The notes below the pieces were generated by a model. The model saw only the letters and a program-made list of their open reading frames with translations. It searched no databases and was not told where the DNA came from. A stretch of 64,000 nucleotides of DNA. It comes from a virus (taxonomy: Duplodnaviria; Caudoviricetes). The stretch lies in IMG/VR virus record IMGVR_UViG_3300042445_001485. The stretch is one strand, 5' to 3'. Made by a program: the position numbers and the translations under genes. This document shows positions 35,596 to 44,909 of the stretch, in pieces. Numbering within the stretch: position 1 is the stretch's first letter; each line of letters opens with the position of its first letter.

Positions 35596-36564
35596 TTATT
35601 GTTCTGGTGGAAGAGACTTTATCACAGGTATCCACTGTTTTCTTAACTGTTCCATGCTATTCTTAAATCCTATTGGAGTTAGTTCGGCGTCTACAGAAAA
35701 CATTAGATTATTTGCAAAGAATTGCTGTGCTTCTGCACTTTTGATGATGCCAGCAAAGTTTTTAACATACCAGTTTATGATGTCGCTGGGTGTGTTCTTG
35801 GGCAATATAATGCCCCATGCCGCATACACACTGGCTCCGGGTATGTATTGTTGCATGAGTGGAATACTGGGAATTTGTGAAAGTCTTTGTTCGCTAAACA
35901 AGCCCAGTATTCTGACACGCCCGCTTTGGGCCAGGGTGTGTGCAATAGCAACAGGAACAATACCAAACTCAACTTCATGCGCTGCCACTGCTGTAACTGC
36001 TTGTGCTGGACCTTTGTAACTGATTAACTTGATCAAGTTGTTGTCTAGTTTTAGTTCTTTTGCTATGTAATTATAGGCCAGCTTATGTGCTCCTGATCCT
36101 GCCGCTATGTTAACAGGTTGAGTGGTATGTCGCAATTGATTGATAAATGCGGGTATAGTGGTGATAGAACTATTGCCGGACACTACCAATGCCAGTGGAC
36201 TTTTTGCAATAGTGACCACATATTCAAAATCGTTGAGGGTATATCGCACAGCACTTTGATTAAAGTATTCAGCAGTTACCCAGATGCCTTGATGACTTGG
36301 TATATACACATGATAGCCATCGGCAGGCCTATTAATAAACTCGTTCATGGCCACCACTCCATCGGCCCCTGGGCGATTGGTAATTACAAAATTGATATTT
36401 TTATTTTGTTTTTCAAGCAATGATGACACACCTCTGAAACTGACTTCGTTGCCCGAGCCCGGTGCAAAGCCAATATAAACATTGACAGGTCGTGTGGGTT
36501 CCCATGCCAGTGCCGCCAAGGGCAATAGCATCAACGCAATAAAGTTACTAATATATCTGACCAT
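35596..36564 (-). CDS. Bug/TctC-family periplasmic substrate-binding protein
   Basis: Signal peptide, FAPGSG, NRPGADG, PADGY, YKGPAQA, WGIILPKNTP. Confidence 0.85.
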   Translation of the reverse strand: MVRYISNFIALMLLPLAALAWEPTRPVNVYIGFAPGSGNEVSFRGVSSLLEKQNKNINFVITNRPGADGVVAMNEFINRPADGYHVYIPSHQGIWVTAEYFNQSAVRYTLNDFEYVVTIAKSPLALVVSGNSSITTIPAFINQLRHTTQPVNIAAGSGAHKLAYNYIAKELKLDNNLIKLISYKGPAQAVTAVAAHEVEFGIVPVAIAHTLAQSGRVRILGLFSEQRLSQIPSIPLMQQYIPGASVYAAWGIILPKNTPSDIINWYVKNFAGIIKSAEAQQFFANNLMFSVDAELTPIGFKNSMEQLRKQWIPVIKSLPPEQ

Positions 36565-37109
36565 GATTTCTTAATCTCCATTGTATAATTGAAATTTTCT
36601 GCAATCCATTCACTGGTAAAATAATTCCAGGTGACATTGTGACTGTGTGCATACTCTAGTATGAGTTTATTTTGTTCTGCAATTTTATCCAACATAACTG
36701 AGCTGTTTTGATACCAATCGTAACAGGGATATTTTATATCAAAACCACCTGCTTCGTGCCACCAAGCAAAACTGGGCATGTCGGGACGATACACCAACAT
36801 GATCCAGTCGTTGGGAAATTGTTGTTTAATATCTGCTAATTGGTACGCCCATTCATGACTTTTAACTATTCGTGTACCAGTGTTTTCAGTCCAGGCTTGA
36901 TCGATGTGTACAGAATTTAAAATTGGAGCTAGTTCCATACCGGTGCCAAAGTATGCACCTGTATGTCCGGCAAATTGATTGTGTGTGTATTCTCTTACGG
37001 CAGTGCGATCACTGATGTTAAATCCCGGCATGGATTCTAGTATTTGTGCAATACCACTCCAACGGCTACCAGGAACTCCGGTTAAGAATATTCGATTGGG
37101 CAAGGTCAT
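36531..37109 (-). CDS. P-loop/sulfotransferase-fold-like protein
   Basis: LTGVPGSRWS, IVKSH and LVYRPD resemble sulfotransferase elements. Confidence 0.5.
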   Translation of the reverse strand: MTLPNRIFLTGVPGSRWSGIAQILESMPGFNISDRTAVREYTHNQFAGHTGAYFGTGMELAPILNSVHIDQAWTENTGTRIVKSHEWAYQLADIKQQFPNDWIMLVYRPDMPSFAWWHEAGGFDIKYPCYDWYQNSSVMLDKIAEQNKLILEYAHSHNVTWNYFTSEWIAENFNYTMEIKKSWSDILVTLLR

Positions 37110-37113
37110 TGAG

Positions 37114-37136
37114 TAAATATCTTAAACTACTATTTA
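37114..37136. promoter_or_regulatory. Overlapping divergent late promoters
   Basis: TAAATA on plus at 37114-37119 and on minus at 37136-37131, between divergent genes. Confidence 0.62.
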
Positions 37137-37144
37137 AGGAAAAC

Positions 37145-37681
37145 ATGTCTGTTGATCAAAATTATCTAAATCACTACTTCGGTAACATATGGCATACCAA
37201 TAGTAATCCTGTAACCAAGTTTGAAAAGTCCGGGTTAGCATTGGTTGACAAAATTGCACCCAATGAAACGGTATTAGATGTTGGATGTGGTACAAATCCA
37301 TTTAAAAAATTAATACCTAACCTGGTGGGAATAGATCCTGCATTTGAACAAGCCGATCATCAATGCACCATAGAAGACTTTGAAACTGATCAACGGTTTG
37401 ATGTTGCATTTTGTTTGGGCAGTATTAACTTTGGAACTCGAGAAGATGTACTGCCACAGATTGCCAAAGTCGTATCGTTATTAAAACCCGGAGGTAGAAT
37501 CTATTGGAGATGCAATCCTGGAGAACAAGACCACCCCGATGATGCTTGTAAAAAAATTACATTCTATCCCTGGAGTATTGTTGAGCATGTTAAACTATCA
37601 AATCTTTTTAATGCCAAGTTAATTGAATGTGCTTGGGAACCCACTGGTAATAGGTTATACGCTGAGTGGGGGTTAGCCTAA
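37145..37681 (+). CDS. Class I SAM-dependent methyltransferase
   Basis: VLDVGCG, FDVAFCLGS, LKPGGRIY. AAGGA SD before the ATG at 37145. Confidence 0.82.
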   Translation: MSVDQNYLNHYFGNIWHTNSNPVTKFEKSGLALVDKIAPNETVLDVGCGTNPFKKLIPNLVGIDPAFEQADHQCTIEDFETDQRFDVAFCLGSINFGTREDVLPQIAKVVSLLKPGGRIYWRCNPGEQDHPDDACKKITFYPWSIVEHVKLSNLFNAKLIECAWEPTGNRLYAEWGLA

Positions 37682-37826
37682 TACTTATGCCAGTTTAGTA
37701 GATTTAAACATGCCGTTAATTGGCGTTGCCGCCACTCCTTAAATATCTTTGTAGCCAGTATCAACTGCTGGTTGCACAAAGATGCAAAGTTCAAACATTT
37801 TCAGCGTTAATCACAAGGAGAAACAT

Positions 37827-38579
37827 TTGTCTAAACGGCGTAATAACCGAGCTCTGGCTCAGCAATTCCAAGATCCCCTGCCAACTGTAGTAAACAAACC
37901 ACTTCAACTAGATAATTACAGAAAGCAACCGCGTAAAGTTCATTTAATACCTAGAACTCGTACACAAGAAGATTACATAGAGTTACTTGACAACCCCGAT
38001 AAATTAATAGTATTTGCTACTGGCCCTGCTGGTACTGGCAAAACAATGATGGCTGTATTGGCCGCGTTGAAAGCCTACCAAACAGGCGAGTGTACAAAGA
38101 TCGTTGTTACCCGTCCGGCTGTGGGCGTGGATGACGAAGAGCATGGATTCCTTCCGGGGGATCTTAATGCCAAAATGGCACCATGGACTAGACCCATAAT
38201 GGACTACATTGCAGAATATTATAGGCCTCAGGACATCAATGCTATGCTAGAAGACCAGTTGATTGAGATTTCTCCCCTAGCATACATGCGTGGACGGACA
38301 TTTAAAAATGCGTGGATCATAGCTGACGAAATGCAGAATGCTACGCCAAACCAAATGAAAATGCTGTTGACACGACTTGGTGAAGGAAGCAAGCTGATAG
38401 TAACAGGAGATACTCAACAAACCGACCGCCGCGAGAGCGAAAACGGATTACTAGATTTTAAGAGGCTAGTAAAAGAGTATGAGTCCTGTCATTATGTTGC
38501 AGGTATAGAGTTTGCAGGTCGCGATATTCAGCGCCACCCTGCTGTATTAGAAATTTTAAAGATTTACAAGGAGATCTAG
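37827..38579 (+). CDS. phoH: PhoH-family ATPase
   Basis: GPAGTGKT, TRPAV, GFLPGDL, YMRGRTF, DEMQN, TGDTQQ. TTG start after AAGGAG. Confidence 0.92.
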   Translation: MSKRRNNRALAQQFQDPLPTVVNKPLQLDNYRKQPRKVHLIPRTRTQEDYIELLDNPDKLIVFATGPAGTGKTMMAVLAALKAYQTGECTKIVVTRPAVGVDDEEHGFLPGDLNAKMAPWTRPIMDYIAEYYRPQDINAMLEDQLIEISPLAYMRGRTFKNAWIIADEMQNATPNQMKMLLTRLGEGSKLIVTGDTQQTDRRESENGLLDFKRLVKEYESCHYVAGIEFAGRDIQRHPAVLEILKIYKEI

Positions 38580-39163
38580 TTACTAGTAATAAGTTCAAAC
38601 ACTTGTTTCCAATTTTTTGTCATGGGAATATCGGCGTGATAAAAATGCATATTGTGTCCGTGCTCGATTAGTATACTACGCAAGCCCAAGTTATGGCCAA
38701 CCATGGCATTTTCGGGCTTGTCCTCTACCCACCAGCATCCTGTATCTCTGTATGGCTCAAGTGCAGAGTCTTTGTCGGCTCCGGTGTCCAGGCACACAAC
38801 CTTTTCAAATGCAGTTTTGCCAAACAGTTTAGCAAGATTCATTTCACGCAGTTTGCCTGCGGCAGGATCTAGACTCAAACTAGTGATGCAGTGAAACACA
38901 TAGCCGTGTTCTTCGTGCAGGCGTTTAACATAGTACATGGCATCGCGCAAGGGCGGCAAGAAACCAATTGCGGCACTTTCATTGAAGATCTTGATCAGTT
39001 TACGACCCTGCTCGTGTCCTATGCTGTAGCGTTCTCCGATGTTGTAATTGAAATCACTGCCGGGTACCTTGGCAAATCCATGTGTGTCCATCCACACAGC
39101 AAATGCATACTCCCAATTGAGTATAACTCCGTCACAATCAACTAATATAACTCGATCTTTCAT
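38576..39163 (-). CDS. HAD-family 5'-nucleotidase-like protein
   Basis: VDCDGV (DxD), ITS, WVEDKPEN. Confidence 0.75.
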   Translation of the reverse strand: MKDRVILVDCDGVILNWEYAFAVWMDTHGFAKVPGSDFNYNIGERYSIGHEQGRKLIKIFNESAAIGFLPPLRDAMYYVKRLHEEHGYVFHCITSLSLDPAAGKLREMNLAKLFGKTAFEKVVCLDTGADKDSALEPYRDTGCWWVEDKPENAMVGHNLGLRSILIEHGHNMHFYHADIPMTKNWKQVFELITSN

Positions 39164-39369
39164 TTTAGCATGTCCTTAAACATTGTTCGTCGACCTGATT
39201 CTCCAATGTGGAGATCAAATAGGTCCTTGGCCGCTATCAACATGGCACTGGCCATCATCAATTGATCTTTACGATCATCGCACATCAAGATCTGTTGGTG
39301 TATGGGTTGCATGAGTTCAGCCATGCGTTGCCGAACACGATCATTTTCTTCCATATCGGGCCTTTTCAA
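39160..39369 (-). CDS. Hypothetical protein
   Basis: 69-aa ORF in a run of coupled small genes. Confidence 0.6.
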   Translation of the reverse strand: MKRPDMEENDRVRQRMAELMQPIHQQILMCDDRKDQLMMASAMLIAAKDLFDLHIGESGRRTMFKDMLK

Positions 39370-39377
39370 CTTGATCT

Positions 39378-39626
39378 TCAGTCACCCATGACCACCAATC
39401 GTTTGATATCTCGAAGTCGGGGAGAGATGATATTGTGTACGGTACCTTCGTGCTTGATGGGTAAGTCAACTTGTACCATAACCAAGGGTGCTATCTCACG
39501 CACCACACTTCCAACAAAAGGAATCCGATTCCAATGTCCAAACACTCTGTCTCCGGAGTTGTATTTAGGGTTAGGTAAATCTGCATCTCTGCGTTCAAAG
39601 TATCGCGTCAGACTACTCATCTGCAT
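39378..39626 (-). CDS. Hypothetical SH3-like protein
   Basis: PKYNSGDRV...PFVGSV pattern. Confidence 0.55.
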   Translation of the reverse strand: MQMSSLTRYFERRDADLPNPKYNSGDRVFGHWNRIPFVGSVVREIAPLVMVQVDLPIKHEGTVHNIISPRLRDIKRLVVMGD

Positions 39627-39840
39627 CTACTCCGCCTGCAAAGTATGCTAGAGCCAAATCACGGGCTTGTTCCACACTTGACGCAGGTACAGTGACCAAT
39701 GCAACTCGATCAATGATGTGCATGTAGTAGGGTACAGTTCCATAAAAGGCAAAATTTTCGGGTACGGTAACTTGTACTTCAAATTCTGTCAAACCCTTCA
39801 TGCCAATTTCAATATCGTTGATAAAATCTCGTGCATCCAT
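39613..39840 (-). CDS. Hypothetical protein
   Basis: 75-aa ORF with AAGGA SD. Confidence 0.6.
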   Translation of the reverse strand: MDARDFINDIEIGMKGLTEFEVQVTVPENFAFYGTVPYYMHIIDRVALVTVPASSVEQARDLALAYFAGGVDADE

Positions 39841-39841
39841 A

Positions 39842-40102
39842 TTAAATCCTTTTTAAATAAACAAAGAAGTTGCTTTTGCTACGGGGTTGCCAAGACTTGG
39901 CAGACTTGCCACATACTTCTTCTCGCACACGGGCAACATTGCAACTTTCATAACGACCTTTGCTGGTTGTTCCATTAACTGGGTTGTACTCGGGTTCTCT
40001 CCAAGTCAACTTACAGTTCCAGAAATAATAATTGGTATTAAGCCATCGATCCAACCATGTGGCTGTGTTATTGACACAATCTCTACAAGTCACTTCACTC
40101 AT
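39842..40102 (-). CDS. Hypothetical Cys-containing protein
   Basis: CRDC...C...C...C. Start after AAGGAG. Confidence 0.6.
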   Translation of the reverse strand: MSEVTCRDCVNNTATWLDRWLNTNYYFWNCKLTWREPEYNPVNGTTSKGRYESCNVARVREEVCGKSAKSWQPRSKSNFFVYLKRI

Positions 40103-40556
40103 TTTTTTGCTCCTTTGTAAGCATACACACCAACTGAAAATGATCAAATGCCTGACGAACACTTTCGTGTGTCATCAATTGATCTGCTTCTGTTTGCAAG
40201 GCACGGATGCCTGCTTCAGCAATGTCACGACTACTTGCCCAGCTTAAACATCTGGCATCTTCACCAAATACCCGGATCAGTCGATTCCAGGCGTTGCGTT
40301 GTTCCGGCGTAAGAGCTCTAGTTGTTGGTCGAATTTCACTGGCATCGTGCAGAGCCCGGCACATGGCATCTTCGGCCACACGGCCGGCCGCAATCAAGGC
40401 CGCATGGTTGGGATCAACATTGTAACGGGTTGATTTACCACCAGGATAGACATCAACAAGATGTGTGCCTTTGGGCAACCCATCTACTAGATTGCTGTCA
40501 TACTCAGATACAGGATAATATCTGCGCCCCCGTTTTTCGTAAAAGATTTTTTTCAT
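40095..40556 (-). CDS. Hypothetical early protein
   Basis: About 153 aa with an upstream TATAAT. Confidence 0.65.
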   Translation of the reverse strand: MKKIFYEKRGRRYYPVSEYDSNLVDGLPKGTHLVDVYPGGKSTRYNVDPNHAALIAAGRVAEDAMCRALHDASEIRPTTRALTPEQRNAWNRLIRVFGEDARCLSWASSRDIAEAGIRALQTEADQLMTHESVRQAFDHFQLVCMLTKEQKNE

Positions 40557-40930
40557 TACCAACTACTATTATAAAACACTTTCAGCCCCAAGAACAACTC
40601 TGCTCGGGCCCTTTTAACGAATGCAAGATCCGTTTCTTTATAATGCTCGTCTGCATCATTGCCAAAAAAGATTCCTGAGGTTTCGGGCAACTTGACTTCA
40701 TTGATATCCCGTTCCAGTTCGTCTATGTCCTGCCAATCCAGTTCTAGCTCAATACCGTTAAAGGTGTGCTGATCCGGATCACGATTTTCTGCTTGCATTT
40801 TGTATCGCCACAACTGTTCCATCCAACCATGCAGGTTAGGATGCTTGCGCCAGTAGGCAATTTCCCGCTGTTCTGTTTTGTAGTCTGCCTCTGGCTTGGT
40901 GGCAGTGTATGCGTACATGTCTAGTCCCAT
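40556..40930 (-). CDS. Phage hypothetical protein (MGLD...YWRKH type)
   Basis: MGLDMY, EIAYWRKHPNLHGWM, FFG, YNSSW. GGAG SD. Confidence 0.7.
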   Translation of the reverse strand: MGLDMYAYTATKPEADYKTEQREIAYWRKHPNLHGWMEQLWRYKMQAENRDPDQHTFNGIELELDWQDIDELERDINEVKLPETSGIFFGNDADEHYKETDLAFVKRARAELFLGLKVFYNSSW

Positions 40931-40933
40931 GTG

Positions 40934-41602
40934 TTACTCCAATTCCTTAACATAATTGAGATAAGTTACCCGGCCATTGTTGTTGTACTTACTGATGCTC
41001 TGCGACTTGACACGGCCCTGTATGCGTCCATTACTGATTGATTTTTTATTTAAAAAGCCAATCAAGTTTCCTGCACCATCGTGTCCCAGGTGCCTGAAGC
41101 ATTCGTATTCGCGATTGTACTTGGCGCTGATCACAGTAAAATCTAATTCAATCTTTTCTTTGACCCGACCCACATACCCACTGGAGATGGCATACTGAGC
41201 AATGTCTTCTTGGTTCGTGCTTTGTTGCACCATGTCGGCATACAACTTGGGTGCCCAAACCACACGGCCCAGGTCAAATTGGTGAACATGTTCTCTACCA
41301 ACAATGGCATTGATATCGGCGATAAAATCACCGATTTCTTTTTGCATCAAGGTGTCCATGATCACTCGTTGCTGTATATAACCAGCAATGGCACTGGCTG
41401 TCTCACGATCGGCATCAGTCACGGTAATGACTGTGGTATTGTCGAAATGTGCAACAATGCGTTGTTTGCTAGACACTTGTTGTGTCTTGGTCACAAAGTC
41501 AAAGTCTCCGCGATTGATTCGATTGCCCTCAAGTCTGAAGATGGCCTGTGCTACACTCAGCACTTCGAGAGTTTCAAATTTTGGGAAATCTCGCTTGGCC
41601 AT
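40934..41602 (-). CDS. Hypothetical protein with C-terminal OB-like region
   Basis: 222-aa ORF with GAGG SD. Confidence 0.65.
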   Translation of the reverse strand: MAKRDFPKFETLEVLSVAQAIFRLEGNRINRGDFDFVTKTQQVSSKQRIVAHFDNTTVITVTDADRETASAIAGYIQQRVIMDTLMQKEIGDFIADINAIVGREHVHQFDLGRVVWAPKLYADMVQQSTNQEDIAQYAISSGYVGRVKEKIELDFTVISAKYNREYECFRHLGHDGAGNLIGFLNKKSISNGRIQGRVKSQSISKYNNNGRVTYLNYVKELE

Positions 41603-41604
41603 GA

Positions 41605-41820
41605 TTATACCTCTACTGTTATTTCATTCATAAAGATCTGATTGTGGCCCGCAATGGCCTCTGCTTCTGTGGCATAGCGAGCCACAACATCTGAGTTGCC
41701 GCTATCTTCAAAAATACAAGTTTCCCATATCTTGGGTTCGTTGTCAAATCTGTACAACAACACAGTAGAGATTTCTTTGTTACCTATACGATTTAATGAA
41801 ATTTGTACTGACGGATTCAT
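41605..41820 (-). CDS. Hypothetical protein
   Basis: MNPSVQIS... start after GGAG. Confidence 0.55.
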   Translation of the reverse strand: MNPSVQISLNRIGNKEISTVLLYRFDNEPKIWETCIFEDSGNSDVVARYATEAEAIAGHNQIFMNEITVEV

Positions 41821-41821
41821 T

Positions 41822-41965
41822 TTAGACTCCAGTATGTAAAGGGTTGCGTCTACGCAGGTGTGCCAGTGCCAATTCTCGAGTATCAAAGCGACCTGAGATT
41901 GGGGTTTGGTGTGCGCCACGCACAATGAACCAACCTGACAATATGCTATTATAGATCACTTTCAT
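41822..41965 (-). CDS. Hypothetical protein (47 aa)
   Basis: MKVIYNS... start after GGAG. Confidence 0.55.
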   Translation of the reverse strand: MKVIYNSILSGWFIVRGAHQTPISGRFDTRELALAHLRRRNPLHTGV

Positions 41966-41966
41966 T

Positions 41967-42224
41967 TTAGTACTCCAAAACCAAGTTAGCATCAATGTTG
42001 AGCAACTCTTCAGCGGCACGGCGCAAGAAGCGAGACTTTTGTATCACGGCCTGACCACGGATCTCGCCGTCGCAAGTCAAGTTCTCAGGACTGAGGTCTG
42101 ACTCCAACATGTCGGCAATGCGCTGACGATCGCTGGTGGTATTCAATGTCAACACTCGGTTTCCAAAGATTGCATTCCACTCGTTTTTCTGTTTAACATA
42201 CTGTTCGATTGTGCTGGTCTTCAT
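41967..42224 (-). CDS. Hypothetical early protein
   Basis: MKTSTIEQ after AAGGAG. DLSPENLTCDGE motif. Confidence 0.7.
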   Translation of the reverse strand: MKTSTIEQYVKQKNEWNAIFGNRVLTLNTTSDRQRIADMLESDLSPENLTCDGEIRGQAVIQKSRFLRRAAEELLNIDANLVLEY

Positions 42225-42254
42225 TTCGGGCTCCTTTTTACTTACTATGCCACT

Positions 42255-42283
42255 ATTATACAAAAGATTCCATTTGGTGTCAA
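42255..42283 (-). promoter_or_regulatory. Consensus sigma70 early promoter
   Basis: TTGACA-N17-TATAAT. Confidence 0.85.
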
Positions 42284-42292
42284 CTGGAAGAA

Positions 42293-42313
42293 GTAGTACT
42301 TTTGTAGTACTAC
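42293..42313 (-). terminator. Probable terminator hairpin
   Basis: GTAGTACT/AGTACTAC 8-bp stem followed by TTCTT on the minus strand. Confidence 0.5.
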
Positions 42314-42320
42314 TATAGTG

Positions 42321-42599
42321 TTACTCTCGCAGGGCGAGTTTGTTGTACACGGCATTGGGCATAGACACTTTGACATTGAGGGCATTAGCACGAACACGCA
42401 GAGTTTCTACGACTGTATCGACTTGGGCTAAAGTGGCTTCTTCGGGGTTTAAATCTACTAAAAACAGGGCTTTGTTGGCAGTAAATTCTGCGAATGTGTG
42501 TGCTACAATACGAAGGGTGTTTATGTCGTTTGAGTACGGTTTACGCTTGAAGTTTACTTTTAAGTACAAAGTACTACTTGGGACTGCATTGAATAACAT
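42321..42599 (-). CDS. Hypothetical early protein
   Basis: MLFNAVP after AAGGAG. Confidence 0.68.
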   Translation of the reverse strand: MLFNAVPSSTLYLKVNFKRKPYSNDINTLRIVAHTFAEFTANKALFLVDLNPEEATLAQVDTVVETLRVRANALNVKVSMPNAVYNKLALRE

Positions 42600-42626
42600 A
42601 TGGCTCCTTTTTGTTATTAAGCCACT

Positions 42627-42655
42627 ATTATACAAAAGATGCCTTTTCGGGTCAA
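42627..42655 (-). promoter_or_regulatory. Sigma70 early promoter (paralogue of 42255-42283)
   Basis: TTGACC-N17-TATAAT, sharing ATCTTTTGTATAATAGTGGC. Confidence 0.82.
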
Positions 42656-42659
42656 CCGG

Positions 42660-42896
42660 TTATTTGTTGCGACTGACTGAGTCGTGCAGGGCCTGCAGGT
42701 ATTGTGTTTGACTGCGGGCTTTAGATTCAAGCGATTCGACTCTGGCTGCCATGATTCGTACTTGATTTTCCAATGCTTCAATGGTTTGTTGTGCTGTACG
42801 AAGTTTAACTTCGTGTGTCATCAAGTTTGGACGAGGTGGAGCATTGGGGTCTACTGCCCGCTTCTTCTTGACCTTGTACATGTCTTGTATACTCAT
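42660..42896 (-). CDS. Coiled-coil hypothetical protein
   Basis: ATG 6 nt after TAAATA. Confidence 0.65.
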   Translation of the reverse strand: MSIQDMYKVKKKRAVDPNAPPRPNLMTHEVKLRTAQQTIEALENQVRIMAARVESLESKARSQTQYLQALHDSVSRNK

Positions 42897-43219
42897 AGCA
42901 TATATTTATCGTCAAGTGCTCCGGGTACTTTTACTACAAAAGTATCAGTATCTTCCAGATACTCACATTCGGCAACATCACCGGGATAAAAAACTATACC
43001 TTGACCTGCGGTGTAGCTCTCGCCGTTGATTCGAACCAGGCCTCTAGTAATTAGATTGATTTCTGTGGCAACTTTATGATAGTGTGGTTCACTGACCTCA
43101 CCCTTGTAGTTGGTTTGAAAAGCCGCCTCGCAGGCGTCTGTTTTGTACACGGCCTTGTCAAAGGCTCCCACAAACCAACCACGGTCTCCTGCTTCACGCA
43201 GATGGAATTTCTTGGGCAT
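42893..43219 (-). CDS. Cupin-fold protein
   Basis: GWFVG, HYHKVATE, VVKVP. Confidence 0.65.
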   Translation of the reverse strand: MPKKFHLREAGDRGWFVGAFDKAVYKTDACEAAFQTNYKGEVSEPHYHKVATEINLITRGLVRINGESYTAGQGIVFYPGDVAECEYLEDTDTFVVKVPGALDDKYML

Positions 43220-43583
43220 GTTTATCAGCCTCCGCTTGTTGCATTTCAGCTTCTAGCTCATCTAGTATGCTGGTTAAGTATTCAGGATCTAACTGCTTCA
43301 TTACTGCGGTGATGTATTGGTCGTACCCACCAAAGTAATACTTGAAGAAACTTCGAAAATCTCTGTCGTCATTGAATGTGTTGCGTTCCACAGTCTTTTG
43401 ACTCAGGTTTAAAATCACATTGGCAAGGGCACTGCTTTTTTTATGTCCTCGGGTAATTTCTACTTTTTCATCGTACTGAAGGTTATCTTTATTGTCCATC
43501 CAACCTTTCTTAGATGTGTTGACACCCTTACGGGGTTTCATGCCGTAAAAGGCCACTAGATAAATGTTGTTTTTATTAAACAT
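43194..43583 (-). CDS. Hypothetical protein
   Basis: 129-aa ORF downstream of the clamp loader. Confidence 0.65.
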   Translation of the reverse strand: MFNKNNIYLVAFYGMKPRKGVNTSKKGWMDNKDNLQYDEKVEITRGHKKSSALANVILNLSQKTVERNTFNDDRDFRSFFKYYFGGYDQYITAVMKQLDPEYLTSILDELEAEMQQAEADKHAQEIPSA

Positions 43584-43608
43584 TGATTTTGTTTTCTTTC
43601 AAGTACAG

Positions 43609-44532
43609 TTATTTGCTAATTTGGCATAATTCGACTAAACAAGCCGAAAGATTGATCTCCGGATCAGCAACCATTGAATGGTTGACCATTCCTTTGCGTA
43701 TTGCTAAAATTGCTTCGTCTTGTCCTTCGGGAGTCTTGCTCCACATCTCAAGGTTGTCGTACATCCAACGGAACATTTCGTTGATGTCTTCCACTGCGGC
43801 CTGTGTGCAAATCACACTACGAGCCTGTCGGATAGCACCCATCTTCATAAAGTTGACTGCTTCCAATTTCCAGTCTTTGACACCACGATCATTTTCACTG
43901 GGTCGGTTCAATGCACCGGTTGTTGTGTTGCTCTGTAATAGATTTAAACATTTACGCAAGTCTGGGTAAGTTGCCTTGACATAGCTATCCAAGGTATCTA
44001 GATCAAATTCCTTGCCTTCTGTGACCAACACAGTTGCGGCTCTGGCAGTAAACTCAGTTACATCGCTTTTGTCAATGTGGAAACTTTGGCAACGACTGTG
44101 TAGAGCATCCATGATTTTGTGTGGCATGTTACAAGTAAAGATAAAGCGAGCTTGACTTGCGTATGTTTCAAGTAATCCACGCATGATGCCTTGTGCCGGC
44201 GGACTCAAATAGTCGGCCTCATCCATTAGCACAACCTTGAATCGACCAAACGGCATGGTCTGCACAAAGCCTTCAACTGACTTCTTGATAAAGTCTACAC
44301 CATTGTCACGACTGGCGTTGATCTGTAGCACATCAAACTCATCAATGCCCAATTCGTTAATCAACACCTTGGCCAGTGTGGTTTTACCTGTGCCTGGGCT
44401 ACCACTTAACAGTATGTGCGGTATAGTACCTTCTTGAACCCACGACTCAACAATTTGTCTTTGATTGGCGTCAGTGAATACATAATCACTGACTGTTTTG
44501 GGTCTGTATTTTTCTGTCCAAAGTTCTTGCAT
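43609..44532 (-). CDS. Clamp-loader AAA+ subunit (gp44/RFC-like)
   Basis: WTEKYRP, GSPGTGKT, INAS, DEAD, SRC. Confidence 0.92.
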   Translation of the reverse strand: MQELWTEKYRPKTVSDYVFTDANQRQIVESWVQEGTIPHILLSGSPGTGKTTLAKVLINELGIDEFDVLQINASRDNGVDFIKKSVEGFVQTMPFGRFKVVLMDEADYLSPPAQGIMRGLLETYASQARFIFTCNMPHKIMDALHSRCQSFHIDKSDVTEFTARAATVLVTEGKEFDLDTLDSYVKATYPDLRKCLNLLQSNTTTGALNRPSENDRGVKDWKLEAVNFMKMGAIRQARSVICTQAAVEDINEMFRWMYDNLEMWSKTPEGQDEAILAIRKGMVNHSMVADPEINLSACLVELCQISK

Positions 44533-44683
44533 CTGTTTCTTCCACTGTTGAATTGCTATTATACACGCTCTGCGCGGTATCGTCAATGTCTTTGGCTTTA
44601 TTCTTAGCAAATATACGATCAAAATTGTTGCCAAATTCTGTTTGACTTACACTAAATGGCCTTGGGTTAGATCCTTTACTCAT
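44486..44683 (-). CDS. Small hypothetical protein
   Basis: MSKGSNPRPFSV...FDRIF. Overlaps the clamp-loader promoter. Confidence 0.5.
   Translation of the reverse strand: MSKGSNPRPFSVSQTEFGNNFDRIFAKNKAKDIDDTAQSVYNSNSTVEETDARTLDRKIQTQNSQ
44558..44586 (-). promoter_or_regulatory. Sigma70-type promoter for the clamp loader
   Basis: TTGACG-N17-TATAAT. Confidence 0.75.
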
Positions 44684-44909
44684 CTTTTAATATCCTTACT
44701 ACTTTTTCTTTTTCTAGTTCTTCTAGCCATTCCTCTTCACCTGAGAAGGTTGAGGTTTTTGCCAGCATTGCATCTACTGCAAATTTTACACGATATAGGT
44801 CTTGTTTACAAGGCCAATTGACATAACCTGTTACATAGGGATCCGTGGCACCGCGATACATCTTTTGGCATTCGCCGATGACTTGGTTGACATTCCAGTT
44901 GATGATCAT
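44676..44909 (-). CDS. Hypothetical protein
   Basis: 77-aa ORF, ATGA-coupled. Confidence 0.6.
   Translation of the reverse strand: MIINWNVNQVIGECQKMYRGATDPYVTGYVNWPCKQDLYRVKFAVDAMLAKTSTFSGEEEWLEELEKEKVVRILKDE

Noticed and set aside
41967-42635. Two ORFs apparently sharing an MYNSG N-terminus
   Set aside because: This is an artefact of translating the duplicated promoter TTGTATAATAGTGGC. The real starts follow AAGGAG at 42224 and 42599.
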